Assembly: GCA_045106895.1 (NCBI GenBank)
Contig: JBGCFM010000092.1
Coordinates: forward strand, 32,125 to 96,124
DNA length: 64,000 bases
Source of the DNA: Polyangiales bacterium
GTDB taxonomy: Bacteria; Myxococcota_A; Polyangia; Polyangiales; Houyiibacteriaceae
Direction: 5' to 3'
Position 1 is the stretch's first letter. Every line of letters begins with the position of its first letter. A program made the position numbers and the translations under genes. This document shows, piece by piece, positions 10,047 to 20,394 of the stretch. The notes beneath the pieces were generated by a model. The model did not search any database, had not been told where the DNA came from, and worked only from the letters and a program-made list of their open reading frames with translations.

Positions 10047-10961
10047 ATGGTCGATAAGGTCGAAAAAATCTGGATGGACGGCGAACTCATTCCTTGGGAA
10101 AGCGCCAACGTTCACGTCCTCACACACACGCTTCACTACGGCGTCGGCGTTTTCGAAGGGATTCGCGCGTACGAGCTCAGTGATGGTCGCACCGCGATTT
10201 TCCGCCTCGAAGAGCATGTTCGCCGCCTTTTTGATTCGGCGAAGATCTGCACACTTCCGATGCCCTTCGACGAAGCCGCCATCACCCAAGCCTGCATCGA
10301 CACGACCAAATCCAGCGGTCTGAAGGCGTGCTACCTGCGCCCGCTGGCGTTCATGGGCGACGGCGCGATGGGCCTCGGCGCTCGCACCAACAAAACTCGA
10401 GTCGCGATCATTGCCTGGAAGTGGGGCGCCTACCTCGGCGACGAAGGCATCGAGAAAGGCATTCGAGCAAAGGTCAGCTCCTTCGCACGCGCCGGCGTGA
10501 ACAGCCTCATGGCGAAGGGCAAGATCGTTGGCCACTACGTCAACTCGATCTTGGCAAAACGCGAAGTCCTCGCGGCAGGTTACGACGAAGCCATCATGCT
10601 GGACCCACAAGGCTACGTCTGCGAAGCGTCCGGCGCGAATATCTTCGCGATTCGCAATGGCATCGTCTCCACGGCGCCACTCGGAGCTTCGATCCTGGGC
10701 GGCATCACGCGGGACACAGTCATCACCCTCATGCGCGACATGGGCCTGGAGGTACAGGAGCGCCTCCTCGGCCGAGACGAGCTCTACGTGGCGGATGAGG
10801 TCTTCATGGTGGGCACCGCCGCCGAGGTGACCCCTGTTCGCGAAATCGATGACCGCCAGGTGGGCAATGGAGCACGCGGGCCACTCACGGAACGCATCCA
10901 AAAGCGCTACTTCGCGGCAGTTCGCGGAGAGTGCCCAGCAGAGTGGCTCACCGTCGTCTAA
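10047..10961 (+). CDS. ilvE: Branched-chain amino acid aminotransferase
   Basis: LHYGVGVFEGIRAY, KGKIVGHYVNS, ILGGITR, GTAAEVTPV. Confidence 0.96.
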   Translation: MVDKVEKIWMDGELIPWESANVHVLTHTLHYGVGVFEGIRAYELSDGRTAIFRLEEHVRRLFDSAKICTLPMPFDEAAITQACIDTTKSSGLKACYLRPLAFMGDGAMGLGARTNKTRVAIIAWKWGAYLGDEGIEKGIRAKVSSFARAGVNSLMAKGKIVGHYVNSILAKREVLAAGYDEAIMLDPQGYVCEASGANIFAIRNGIVSTAPLGASILGGITRDTVITLMRDMGLEVQERLLGRDELYVADEVFMVGTAAEVTPVREIDDRQVGNGARGPLTERIQKRYFAAVRGECPAEWLTVV

Positions 10962-11011
10962 CTTCGTCGCCTGCCGCTGAGCATCGGCAGGCGATGCTAA
11001 GCTCCATACGC

Positions 11012-11047
11012 AAAAAAAAACGCCCCCGTTTCCGGAGGCGTTTTTTT
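11012..11047. terminator. Bidirectional intrinsic terminator between convergent genes
   Basis: A9-CGCC..hairpin..GGCG-T7. Confidence 0.85.
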
Positions 11048-11065
11048 ATGGGACGTTCCCGAGCT

Positions 11066-11821
11066 TTACTCAGATTCGTCGTCCTTGCCTTCGCCGACGC
11101 CCGCTGCTGCGGCGACATCTCGGTACACGAGGAAGGCCTTGCACTGCGGGCACTGGTGGAAGTCTTCGGCACGCTGCACCTCGATGGCGAGCTGCGCTGG
11201 AAGCGCCATTCGGCAGGACTGACAGATGCCGTCGGACTCGACGATGGTCGCCGCGTCGTACTTGTGCCGCGTGCGCAGCCGCTCGTACATCTTCATCATT
11301 CGCTTGGGCACGCCAGCGGAGAGCTCTTCGCGGCCCGCGAGCGCTTTCGACTTGAGAGCTTCGAGCTCTGCAATGCGCTCTTCGGCCGCTTTGACCTCCG
11401 CAACGAGGATGCCTTTGGCTTCGACGAACTGAGTGTCACGCTCTTCGAGAAGGCGCTCCTTCGATTCGATGATGCCTTCGACCTCCGCGATCTCTTCCTC
11501 GCGCTCCTTGATGCCTCGGCGGTTCGCCTCGACCTCTCGCTCAGCCGCGTCGACCTCGCGAAGGTTCCGGGCTTGAGAGCCCTTCGCCTTGGCTTTCTGG
11601 AGGGCTTCCACCTTCAGCTTCAAGTCGAGTCCACGCTCTTCGCGAATGGACTTCGCTTGAGCGAGCTGAGCGCGTTCAGCGTCCAGAAGTGATTCAAGTA
11701 TGGAAAGGTCGTGGCGCATGCTTTCAAGGCGCTCTGGGAGCTCCTTCAACTCGCGCTCGTAAGCACGTGCAGCCCCATCCATTTCCGCTAATTTTGCAAA
11801 CGACCTTAGCTCTTCGAGCAC
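11066..11821 (-). CDS. Coiled-coil protein with C4-type zinc ribbon (DUF164/zf-RING_7-like)
   Basis: GGAGG SD before GTG 11821; long coiled coil, then CQSC...CPQC; typical neighbour of rpoD-tRNA. Confidence 0.85.
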   Translation of the reverse strand: MLEELRSFAKLAEMDGAARAYERELKELPERLESMRHDLSILESLLDAERAQLAQAKSIREERGLDLKLKVEALQKAKAKGSQARNLREVDAAEREVEANRRGIKEREEEIAEVEGIIESKERLLEERDTQFVEAKGILVAEVKAAEERIAELEALKSKALAGREELSAGVPKRMMKMYERLRTRHKYDAATIVESDGICQSCRMALPAQLAIEVQRAEDFHQCPQCKAFLVYRDVAAAAGVGEGKDDESE

Positions 11822-11934
11822 CCGATGCCTCCGTTGAGTGCGGCAAGTACCGCGCTCCGCACAGCAGCGCAAGCACACTCGACGGAAAACATGAGCTTTT
11901 TCGGGAGGCTGGCCTCAGGAGACCTAGCTGCAGA

Positions 11935-11971
11935 CAAGAAAGTGGGCCTCAGCCTTGCGACTGAAACCCAC
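11935..11971 (-). terminator. Terminator-like hairpin downstream of the tRNA
   Basis: Minus strand GTGGGTTTCAG-tcgcaagg-CTGAGGCCCAC followed by TTTCTTG. Confidence 0.65.
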
Positions 11972-11974
11972 GGG

Positions 11975-12048
11975 TAGGCCCACCAGGACTCGAACCTGGA
12001 ACGAACCGGTTATGAGCCGGCGACTCTAACCAATTGAGCTATAGGCCC
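11975..12048 (-). tRNA. tRNA with CAT anticodon, most likely tRNA-Ile2 (lysidine-modified); CCA not encoded
   Basis: GGGCCTATAGCTCAATTGGTTAGAG..GCCGG-CTCATAA-CCGGT..CCAGGTTCGAGTCCTGG-TGGGCCT-A folds as a cloverleaf. Confidence 0.93.
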
Positions 12049-12109
12049 AGATGCGACGTTCCTTGGGAGGCATGCCTCCCTGCCCTCAAGAGAGCAAGAA
12101 CGACGCCTC

Positions 12110-14098
12110 CTAACTCTCCATAAAGCTTCGAAGCTGCTTGCTGCGGCTTGGATGCCGGAGCTTACGCAGAGCCTTCGCCTCGATCTGGCGAATGCGCTCA
12201 CGGGTCACTTCAAAGTCCTGACCCACCTCTTCGAGTGTATGGTCACTCTTCTCTCCGATGCCAAAGCGCATACGAAGAACCTTCTCCTCTCGTGGCGTCA
12301 GAGTCTTCAGAACACGACGGGTCTGATCTTCGAGGTTGCCGTTGATGACCGCCTCGACGGGCGACACGACGGACTTGTCCTCGATGAAATCGCCCAGATG
12401 CGAGTCTTCCTCTTCGCCGATGGGCGTTTCGAGGCTGATGGGCTCCTTGGCGATCTTGAGCACCTTGCGGACCTTCTCGAGGGGCATCTCCATGCGCTCG
12501 GCGATCTCTTCCGGCACAGGCTCGCGACCGAGTTCCTGCACCAAGTAGCGCGAGGTTCGGATGAGCTTGTTGATCGTCTCGATCATGTGAACCGGAATAC
12601 GAATCGTACGGGCCTGGTCCGCGATGGCGCGGGTGATGGCCTGACGAATCCACCAAGTGGCGTACGTGGAGAACTTGTAGCCTCGTCGGTACTCAAACTT
12701 ATCCACGGCCTTCATCAAGCCGATGTTGCCTTCCTGGATGAGGTCCAAGAACTGAAGGCCACGGTTCGTGTACTTCTTGGCGATGCTAACCACGAGACGC
12801 AGGTTGGCTTCCACCAACTCAGCCTTGGCGCGATCAGCCTGGCGCTCGCCCGTGTGAAGCGCCGAGTAGGTGCTGCGGAGGCGCTCGATGGGCTGTCCCA
12901 TGTCCATCTCGACCTTGCGGATGGACTTGTGAGCCTCACGGGTGGACTCGTCGGCCATCGCCAGGGCCTCCGGTGAAGCGCCGATCTTCTTGAGCTGCTT
13001 CTTCGCGGACGGCTTGTCGGCTTCGAGGTCCTTGAGCAACGCTCGCACCTCTTTCTCGTCTAAGCCTCCTACGCGCGCTTTGCCCGCCTCGATGGCTCGC
13101 TCTGCGCGTTCAACGCGCCGAATGTAGCCCTTGATGCGCGAAACGACCTTGTCGATCTGCTTCTTGCTCAGACCCACCTCACGGAGCGTTTGAATGCGCT
13201 CCGTGCGGTTCTTGTTGAGCGTCTCTTCGTGCGTGCGTCGCGTCTTTTCCGGGAGCTTTCCTTCGAGCTGCTCCGCTGCTTTGAGCGAGCTGCTTTCAAG
13301 GCGCTTCACCTTCTCGATGGTCTTGACGATGCGCGCTGCGACGTCCTCAAGCTCTTGACCCTCGGGGATAACTTTGATGACGTCTTTGACACGAAGCTTG
13401 CCCTTTTTCAGGGACTCGCCGATGTCGATGATCTCGCCCACGCCGACGCGGGAGTTGAGAATGACATCGAAGACGCGGTCCTCACCATCTTCGATGCGCT
13501 TCGCGATCTCCACTTCGCCCTCGCGGGTGAGAAGCATGACGCGTCCCATCTTGCGCAGGTACATGCGAACGGGGTCGTTGGACTTCGTCGAGTACGGGTC
13601 TGTGCTTGGTGGCAGGACCGAATCGCGCTTCTTCTTGGCGCCGTTGGCTCGGTTCTTTGCTGCGAGCTCCAGCTTCTTCTTCGCGTGGGATGCGGAGTCG
13701 ACGACGTCGATCTCTTCACGTCCAAGTCGAATGATCAGATCATCGATCTGATCGGAGGTCACGACGTCGGGCGGCAAAGCCTCGTTGACCTCATCGTATG
13801 TGAGGTATCCCTTCACACGACCGCGTTCGAGAAGGTTCTGAATCTCTCGGCGATCCTTGCCCTTCTTCTTGTCGGCTTCGGACTTGGTCTTCGACTTGGA
13901 CTTCGTGGCTTTTGCCTTCACCGCTTTCGCTTTCGCGGGCTTGGCCTTCGGCGCCTTGGCTTTCGTCGCCTTCGTCGCCGTGCTCTTCGTCGCCTTAGCC
14001 TTTACGGCGCGTTTCGTTGTCGCGCGCGCCGACGTCTTTCGGGCCTTCGCCTTCGTCGCCGTCTTTTTCGCTGAACTTTTCCGAGCCTTTGTCGCCAT
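12110..14098 (-). CDS. rpoD: RNA polymerase primary sigma factor RpoD with Lys/Ala-rich N-terminal extension
   Basis: [62 protein letters not shown]. Confidence 0.98.
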   Translation of the reverse strand: MATKARKSSAKKTATKAKARKTSARATTKRAVKAKATKSTATKATKAKAPKAKPAKAKAVKAKATKSKSKTKSEADKKKGKDRREIQNLLERGRVKGYLTYDEVNEALPPDVVTSDQIDDLIIRLGREEIDVVDSASHAKKKLELAAKNRANGAKKKRDSVLPPSTDPYSTKSNDPVRMYLRKMGRVMLLTREGEVEIAKRIEDGEDRVFDVILNSRVGVGEIIDIGESLKKGKLRVKDVIKVIPEGQELEDVAARIVKTIEKVKRLESSSLKAAEQLEGKLPEKTRRTHEETLNKNRTERIQTLREVGLSKKQIDKVVSRIKGYIRRVERAERAIEAGKARVGGLDEKEVRALLKDLEADKPSAKKQLKKIGASPEALAMADESTREAHKSIRKVEMDMGQPIERLRSTYSALHTGERQADRAKAELVEANLRLVVSIAKKYTNRGLQFLDLIQEGNIGLMKAVDKFEYRRGYKFSTYATWWIRQAITRAIADQARTIRIPVHMIETINKLIRTSRYLVQELGREPVPEEIAERMEMPLEKVRKVLKIAKEPISLETPIGEEEDSHLGDFIEDKSVVSPVEAVINGNLEDQTRRVLKTLTPREEKVLRMRFGIGEKSDHTLEEVGQDFEVTRERIRQIEAKALRKLRHPSRSKQLRSFMES

Positions 14099-14129
14099 TA
14101 CTACCTCTACCCCTAATCGTTTGGGCTGT

Positions 14130-15959
14130 TCACACAGGCTTCAGAGCCCCGCGAAGGAGCTCGAGCCGTTGTCGTGTCAGTTGATCTGCAAGTTCGTCGT
14201 CACCGTTGCTACGCGCCTGAAATACCTGTCTTTGAAGCGCTTCCGCCGCCTTCTGACGGGCCTTTATTTCGAGTCGGGGTAACCCCTCCTCAAGGAAACG
14301 AAGCGCCCCCGCTTCGTCTTCATGCATGGGCTGAACGATGCGTCCCTCAAGCCATGCAAGCGCTGAATTATCTATCATTTCTGCGATTAACGCCGAGCCC
14401 TCTAACCCGCCACGCTCCCCCACCAATCGCGAAGTGGCCTGCAAGATGGCCCGAAGATCGGGATCCGTCAAAACCTCTTCGTATCTTTCCGCTATGGGCG
14501 CACGAATGAGACCCGTCTGGTCGATAAATGCACCCAAACATTCGAGTTCCAAGGGATTTGGCGGTGCTCGCCTCTTTGCCTGCACAGGCCGAGGCGCCGG
14601 CTGCGGTTTCTGACGCTCTCGCGGGTTGCGACCCCGTCGCAATCCGCGCCGAAGCTGTTGGCGCACCGCATCGATGTCGCGAACCTCGAATTTCTGGGCA
14701 ATTCGCTCCACGTAGAGCCGCGTTTCTACGGGGTTATCGATGGCACGAAGCACCGGACCCAAGTCTTCAATGGCTTGGGCTTTGAGGCTTGGGTCGCCAG
14801 CGCTTTCCCGGGCGCCCTGATCGATGAGGTACTCAACGATGCTTGGGGCAGAGTCCACACGCATGCGGAGGGCTTCGCTCCCGTGCTGCGAAAGAAAAGT
14901 GTCCGGGTCATCCCCGGCGGGGAGCGCGACCACGGACGCGGCGAGGCCTGCCTTTGTCAGCAGCGGATACGAGGCGCGGATCGCTTTTCGCCCGGCCGCA
15001 TCGCCGTCAAAGAGCAAGATAACGCGTGTGGCAAAACGCTTTAGAAGGCCCGCCTGCTGCGATGTAAGCGCGGTTCCCATAGGAGCAACGGAGTTGGCGA
15101 AGCCCGCTTGGTGCAGCTTCACCAAGTCGAAGTTTCCTTCGCAGAGCAGGCACCACCCTGTGCGGCGTGTCTCAACGCGCCCTTCATGCAGCCCAAAGAG
15201 CACCTGCCCCTTTGTGTAGAGCGGTCCTTCGGGGCTGTTGATGTACTTGGCCCCCTTCTCACGTTCCTCATCTTCTCCGGGCGGCGCAGGCAGAACACGT
15301 CCACTAAACGCAACGATGCGACCTTGATGATCGCATATCGGGAACATTAAACGGTGACGAAAGCGGTCGTAGTGACCGGAGCCACGACGAGGAACCACAA
15401 GTCCCACCGCCTCCGCATCCTCGAGCGAGTAACCCTTTTCCCGCAGAAATCGTCCGAGGGCGTCCCAGGAGTGAGGCGCGTACCCCAAACGAAAGGTCTC
15501 GACCGATTCTTGTGAGAGGCCGCGATCTTCGAACACCTGGCGAGCCATGCCTCCGAGTGGATGCTCCCGAAGAGCACGGGCGAAAAAGCCCGCCGCGGCG
15601 TCCGTGATCTCGACGAGGCGCTCCTCCCGGTTTCGGCGTCGCTTTCGGTCCGCTTCCGCCGCGGGGTCCGACGCAGGAATCTCCACCCCAGCCTTGTCCG
15701 CCAGGCGCGAGGCCGCCTCCGGGAAAGGCAGCCCTTCAAGGCGCGTAAGGAACGAGAATACGTCTCCGGATGCCTGGCAGCCGAAACAGTGAAAAAAGCG
15801 TCGCTGAGGGTGGACGTAGAAACTCGGCGACTTCTCCGCGTGAAAAGGGCAAAGACCCTTAAAGCTCGCGCCGGACTTGGAAAGTCGCACGTATTCCCCG
15901 ACCAACGCCACGATATCCACGCGTTCGCGGATCTGCGCGATGGTCTCCTCAGGGATCAT
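14130..15959 (-). CDS. dnaG: DNA primase
   Basis: CPFH..FHCFGC zinc finger, KYINSPE, EGNFD, FDGDAAG TOPRIM, DPD. Confidence 0.97.
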   Translation of the reverse strand: MIPEETIAQIRERVDIVALVGEYVRLSKSGASFKGLCPFHAEKSPSFYVHPQRRFFHCFGCQASGDVFSFLTRLEGLPFPEAASRLADKAGVEIPASDPAAEADRKRRRNREERLVEITDAAAGFFARALREHPLGGMARQVFEDRGLSQESVETFRLGYAPHSWDALGRFLREKGYSLEDAEAVGLVVPRRGSGHYDRFRHRLMFPICDHQGRIVAFSGRVLPAPPGEDEEREKGAKYINSPEGPLYTKGQVLFGLHEGRVETRRTGWCLLCEGNFDLVKLHQAGFANSVAPMGTALTSQQAGLLKRFATRVILLFDGDAAGRKAIRASYPLLTKAGLAASVVALPAGDDPDTFLSQHGSEALRMRVDSAPSIVEYLIDQGARESAGDPSLKAQAIEDLGPVLRAIDNPVETRLYVERIAQKFEVRDIDAVRQQLRRGLRRGRNPRERQKPQPAPRPVQAKRRAPPNPLELECLGAFIDQTGLIRAPIAERYEEVLTDPDLRAILQATSRLVGERGGLEGSALIAEMIDNSALAWLEGRIVQPMHEDEAGALRFLEEGLPRLEIKARQKAAEALQRQVFQARSNGDDELADQLTRQRLELLRGALKPV

Positions 15960-16071
15960 CCGAGCAACCTACCCGCACCCCGCGCCACCGCAAGACCTCT
16001 GACCGGCATTTCTCCGCTCGTTCGGCGGCGGCCCGCATTTTCATCTCAGCACAGCGTGATAAGAGAGCGTC

Positions 16072-16830
16072 ATGGCGACGCGCCCATGGAGAGACGTCCT
16101 CGGGACCTACCTCGTCGTGTCTCTACTCACGTTCGCGGTGACGCGACTTCGAGGCGTCCCTCAGCTTCACGACTACATAGGCTTGGTGGTCGCCGCCATC
16201 TTCTTGGGTGCTGCCCTTCATCGCGTGGGGCGCAGCCGCCACTCCCTCGACCGTCACGGCATGGCCCTCGGTGGCCTCCTAGCTCCCCCCGAAGAAAGTG
16301 AGCAGGACGCAGGTCCGCTCGGCCTCTACGACTTGGGTCGTCTGCTTCGCGACAATCGCCGAGATATCGGCGTAGAAATCGGCGTCGCTCTTGGGCTCTG
16401 CCTCGTCGTCTTTCCGCCCTACCTATTCGCCTTCGGATACTGGAATGGCCTTCATGGAGCGCCCTCCCTCGTTGTAAGCGGCGACTTTTTATCCTTCGCG
16501 TTGGCGCAGTTCATCGTCGTCGCCCTTCCCGAGGAAGCGTTCTTTCGCGGCTTCGTCCAGACACGCCTCGACGACCAGTTTCGCCCGAGGGAAAACGACG
16601 AGCCGCGGCGAGGTGTGCATTGGGGCGCGCTCCTCGTCCAAGCGTTCCTCTTCGCCCTCATCCACTTTCTCGTCGACGGCTTCAACCCTGCGCGTCTCGC
16701 GGTCTTCTTCCCCGGGCTGCTCTTCGGACTGATCCGAGCGAGGCGAGGGGGCATCGGCGCAGCCATTGTTTTTCACGCGATGTGCAACATCTACGGCGAG
16801 CTGCTCTATCGTGGCTGGGTGCTCACATGA
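16072..16830 (+). CDS. CPBP/Abi-family glutamic intramembrane protease (myxosortase MrtC-like)
   Basis: PEEAFFRG, FALIH and FHAMCN motifs; multiple TM helices. Confidence 0.8.
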   Translation: MATRPWRDVLGTYLVVSLLTFAVTRLRGVPQLHDYIGLVVAAIFLGAALHRVGRSRHSLDRHGMALGGLLAPPEESEQDAGPLGLYDLGRLLRDNRRDIGVEIGVALGLCLVVFPPYLFAFGYWNGLHGAPSLVVSGDFLSFALAQFIVVALPEEAFFRGFVQTRLDDQFRPRENDEPRRGVHWGALLVQAFLFALIHFLVDGFNPARLAVFFPGLLFGLIRARRGGIGAAIVFHAMCNIYGELLYRGWVLT

Positions 16831-17477
16831 ATCGCGCAGCCTTCTTTGACATGGATCGCACCTTGGTCCGACGAAACACCGGAACGCTGTACATGATGTG
16901 GCGTTACCAGCGCGGTGAGGTCGGCCTAAAAGACATGGCGCGTGTTGGCTCGTGGCTGCTTCGCTACACGTTCGGCGTCCTCGACGCGGAAGCCCTTGCC
17001 CGCAACGGTATCCAAGACGTCGCGGGCCTCGACGAGTCGCACTTCGAAAGCGAGCTTGCGCTCTGGTACGACGAGCGCGTCCGCCCTCACATCAGCGGCG
17101 CGGGTCGAAAAGAAGTCGCCGCCAAACGGGACGAGGGCTTTCTTCCCGTCGTGCTCAGCGCAGGTACTCGATACGCCGTGGAGCCCCTCGCCCGCGAGTT
17201 GGAGATCGAGCACGTGTTGTGCACGCAGCTTGGCGTCAGCGAAGGAAAGCTCACCGGTCACTGTGAAGAGCTTTGCTACGGCAAACACAAGGTGCGTATC
17301 GCGGAACGATTCGCCGCCGCCCATAACATCGACCTCGACCACAGCGTCTTCTACACCGACAGCATTTCAGACCTCCCCATGCTCCATCGCGTGGGCGAGG
17401 CGCGCGTAATAAACCCCGACCCGCGACTTCGCATCGTCGCACTACGGCAAGGATGGCCGATCGAACAATGGCGCTAA
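16827..17477 (+). CDS. HAD-IB family hydrolase (SerB-like)
   Basis: FFDMDRTL, LSAG, YTDSISDLPML, INPD; ATGA overlap with the upstream gene. Confidence 0.88.
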   Translation: MNRAAFFDMDRTLVRRNTGTLYMMWRYQRGEVGLKDMARVGSWLLRYTFGVLDAEALARNGIQDVAGLDESHFESELALWYDERVRPHISGAGRKEVAAKRDEGFLPVVLSAGTRYAVEPLARELEIEHVLCTQLGVSEGKLTGHCEELCYGKHKVRIAERFAAAHNIDLDHSVFYTDSISDLPMLHRVGEARVINPDPRLRIVALRQGWPIEQWR

Positions 17478-18334
17478 TCGCAAGTCCCCCTCAACGCATC
17501 GTTCTGGAACGCATCGTTCGCAACGCACTGGAAGAAGACATCGGACGCGGAGATCTCACCACCTCCTCCGTCGTCTCCGGCGACGCAAAAGGCGCCGCTA
17601 GTTTTTGCGCACGCGCTCCTTTGGTTTTCTGTGGTTTGCCCGTGATCCAAACCGTGTTTCGGCTCATCGACGAACGCGTCGAGGTCGCGGAGGTGCGAGC
17701 GGATGGGGACGCGCTCGTCCGAGGTGACGTCGCCGCGCGCGTTTCAGGGCCAGCCCGCTCGATTCTCCTAGGCGAACGCGTCGCGCTCAACTTCGCCCAG
17801 CGAATGAGCGCTGTGGCCTCCATCGCACGCCGCTACGTCGAAGCACTGCCTCCCGAAAGTGGCTGCCGCATCGCGGACACCCGCAAAACCACCCCCGGTC
17901 TTCGGGCCTTCGAACGCTACGCCGTCCGCTGCGGCGGCGCTCACAACCACCGCAACGACCTCAGCTCCGCGGTCATGATCAAAGACAACCACATCGCTGC
18001 GTGCGGCGGCGTCGAGGAAGCGGTGCGCCGCGCTCACGCGAACGCGCCGCACACCACACGCATCGAATGCGAGGTTGACCGCATGGACCAACTCGCCGAA
18101 GCGATTCGCGCGGGAGCGGACATCATCATGCTCGACAACTTCGACAACGAAGCGCTCAAGGCTGCCGTGGCCTACGCTCGACAGAACGCAACGCGGCCGA
18201 CGATTCTTGAGGCCAGCGGCGGGATTACCCTTGAGCGCATTCCAAGTCTCGCGACACTCGGCGTCGACGTGATCAGCGTTGGCGCGTTAACACACTCGGC
18301 GCCGTCCGTGGATATTGGGCTCGATTGGGCGTGA
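17468..18334 (+). CDS. nadC: Nicotinate-nucleotide pyrophosphorylase (quinolinate phosphoribosyltransferase)
   Basis: DTRKTTPG, NHR, IKDNH, MLDN, EASGGIT, SVGALTHS. Confidence 0.97.
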   Translation: MALIASPPQRIVLERIVRNALEEDIGRGDLTTSSVVSGDAKGAASFCARAPLVFCGLPVIQTVFRLIDERVEVAEVRADGDALVRGDVAARVSGPARSILLGERVALNFAQRMSAVASIARRYVEALPPESGCRIADTRKTTPGLRAFERYAVRCGGAHNHRNDLSSAVMIKDNHIAACGGVEEAVRRAHANAPHTTRIECEVDRMDQLAEAIRAGADIIMLDNFDNEALKAAVAYARQNATRPTILEASGGITLERIPSLATLGVDVISVGALTHSAPSVDIGLDWA

Positions 18335-19080
18335 GCACCTTCGACACCGAGTGCTTTGAAGCCCTGCGCAACAGCCAATGGCTTGGCCGCTCCATACACG
18401 CGCGCGGCACCATCAGCTCGACGATGGACCTCGCCTTCGACGATGCGAAGGACGGAGCATCTCATGGGCACGTTGTCATCGCCGATGAGCAGTTGGCCGC
18501 TCGCGGCTCCCATGGACGTACTTGGGTAGGAACCGATCAGCTCACGTTCAGCCTTGTTCTACGTGTTGAACTACCTCCCGCCGCCTGCCCTCCCCTGACC
18601 CTCGCCGCGGGACTCGGAGTCGCCGACTGTGCTGGCGGTCTTCTCCCTCAAGATGTCCGCATCAAGTGGCCGAACGATGTCCTGGTGGCGGACCAAAAAG
18701 TCGCCGGGATCCTGAGTGAAACCCGCGGCGAATGCATCGTCGTCGGCATCGGCCTCAACATCGCCGACGACCCATCCCTCTCGCAGTTCTCCGCGACGTC
18801 ACTCGGTCGCTGCGGTGCGGCCGTCACCCGAGAGGAAGTGCTCGCCCGCCTTTGCTCCTCGCTTGAGCTGCGCTTCGACACGCATCTACGAAGCGGCGCA
18901 TCGGCGACGGCAAGAGCCCTTGAAGAGCGGCTCGCCTGGCGAGGTGAAGAGGTCACCTGCGGCGAGCGCGTTGGGCGCTTGGTCGGGGTAGCGGACGACG
19001 GGCGTCTCATTCTGCGAAACGACGGGGTCGAGTTCAGAGTTTCGTCGGGAACGCTACGGCGAAGAGACTCAGACGCTTAG
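18331..19080 (+). CDS. birA: Biotin-protein ligase (type I, no HTH)
   Basis: STMD, ARGSHGRTW, KWPND, KVAGIL, GIGLN. Confidence 0.9.
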   Translation: MSTFDTECFEALRNSQWLGRSIHARGTISSTMDLAFDDAKDGASHGHVVIADEQLAARGSHGRTWVGTDQLTFSLVLRVELPPAACPPLTLAAGLGVADCAGGLLPQDVRIKWPNDVLVADQKVAGILSETRGECIVVGIGLNIADDPSLSQFSATSLGRCGAAVTREEVLARLCSSLELRFDTHLRSGASATARALEERLAWRGEEVTCGERVGRLVGVADDGRLILRNDGVEFRVSSGTLRRRDSDA

Positions 19081-19239
19081 AGCCCACCTCATAAGTGCGG
19101 CCACATTTTGGTCAGGGTGCTTCGATTTTGCCGCCCGCGAAGCGATGAACTGCGGTGCATTTTTGAGCTGAGGGGATGAGCGAAGAGGCGGCGTGCTCCG
19201 GCCGCAATGTGGCCGTGCGTAGTTACGAGATTGGCTCTA
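19078..19239. repeat. ~162-nt imperfect palindromic (MITE/ERIC-like) element between convergent stop codons
   Basis: Terminal TAGAGCC/GGCTCTA; GTGCGGCCACATT (19095-19107) pairs with AATGTGGCCGTGC (19206-19218); further inner pairing; TA on both flanks. Confidence 0.65.
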
Positions 19240-20241
19240 GTACCAGTAGATCTGTCCCTGATTGTTCGGCGCCGGCTGACGCTGGTTCTGTGGGACTCGC
19301 CGTGGGCTGCGCCATGCGGGTCGGGAGGGTGCTGGGCGAGCAGGTCGGGCGCGACGAGTCCGACGAGCAGGAGCTGCCGGGGATGCGCTTGGCGGCGTTC
19401 CAGGAGGCGGTCCGCGAAAACGGAGGTCTGGCTCCACGACTGTTCCAGGAGGTGTGCCAGCCGGTACGGGGAAGTACCACCAGCGTCCATGCTGCTGAAG
19501 CCAGTAGCCCGCAACGCCGCGGTGGCCTGCTGGAACACGAATCGAAGGAACAGGAACGGGGCGAGGCGCGGTCATTCCGGTTGCTGCCACGGCCGCTGGT
19601 GGAGCGGGTACACCCGGCCCCTCAAGTTCAGGTCGAGGAGTCTCGAGCTCGACGGCGGGCGCGGAAGGCTGAAGTTCTGCGACGGAAGGTGGAGGAAGTT
19701 GTTCCGCCGGTGGTGGGGGAATGTGCGCGACGACCTGAGTCAGGTAGACCCCGTTTTCACCACGCACGGCGGCGAGACCAATGTGCGTAAACTGCTCATC
19801 GAGGAGCTGTGCGCGGTGGGACTCACTGTCGAGGATCGCCGCGAGGGCAGCATTGGAGCTCGGTTGGCGCGCCACGTTTTGAGCGATTCGAGCCGCCTGG
19901 ACATTGGCTGCCCGAACGCGGTCCGCTGGCGTCCCTGTCCGGTCACTCACGTGGCCGAGCTCTCCGTGCTGCGCCATGTCCTGTGAATGCGCAGCCGCCG
20001 CTGCATCGAGGCCAGCGTCGCGTTGGAGAGGCGCGTGTCTTCCTTGACGACGAAGGGCGTTGATTCGCCTCAACATCCGAGCCTCCCCGGAAGAATCGCG
20101 GGGTAGCTCGGTCGCCGCAACCTCCGCTTCCGCCGTGGGGCCCACCTCAATGGTGATCGGGGCCACAGGACGCTGCGCGAACGAAGTCGAGCCTACGAAT
20201 AGCGAGAGGGCGATGGACGCGAGTACGACGGAACGGGACAT
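19237..20241 (-). CDS. Secreted CAP/SCP-domain protein with Pro/Arg-rich C-terminal tail
   Basis: Signal peptide; INALRR..L..AAAAHSQDM..LGH..QNVA..SESHRAQLL..HIG. Confidence 0.85.
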   Translation of the reverse strand: MSRSVVLASIALSLFVGSTSFAQRPVAPITIEVGPTAEAEVAATELPRDSSGEARMLRRINALRRQGRHAPLQRDAGLDAAAAAHSQDMAQHGELGHVSDRTGTPADRVRAANVQAARIAQNVARQPSSNAALAAILDSESHRAQLLDEQFTHIGLAAVRGENGVYLTQVVAHIPPPPAEQLPPPSVAELQPSAPAVELETPRPELEGPGVPAPPAAVAATGMTAPRPVPVPSIRVPAGHRGVAGYWLQQHGRWWYFPVPAGTPPGTVVEPDLRFRGPPPGTPPSASPAAPARRTRRARPARPAPSRPAWRSPRRVPQNQRQPAPNNQGQIYWY

Positions 20242-20394
20242 TGGCCTCTTACTTAGCAAGCTTCGATCCAGAATTATCGGCAAAAACAGCTATGTTTTTA
20301 CCGCGAGCCCAGCGACACGACGCAGATCAGCGACGTTTTGGCACGCCCCTGCGAACAATCGTTCATGCTTGCGCCGCGCCGGGGATGAGACCAG

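Noticed and set aside
11975..12048. tRNA as an integration site for an island or prophage
   Set aside because: No integrase, no duplicated tRNA 3' end was noticed, and the flanking genes are the usual neighbours.
18490..18530. BirA biotin-binding loop reads ARGSHG rather than GRGRxG
   Set aside because: The other catalytic motifs are intact; most likely tolerated divergence, with no evidence of a new function.
20338..20353. TGGCACGCCCCTGC as a sigma54 promoter for ygfZ
   Set aside because: GG-GC spacing is 9 nt rather than the required 10.
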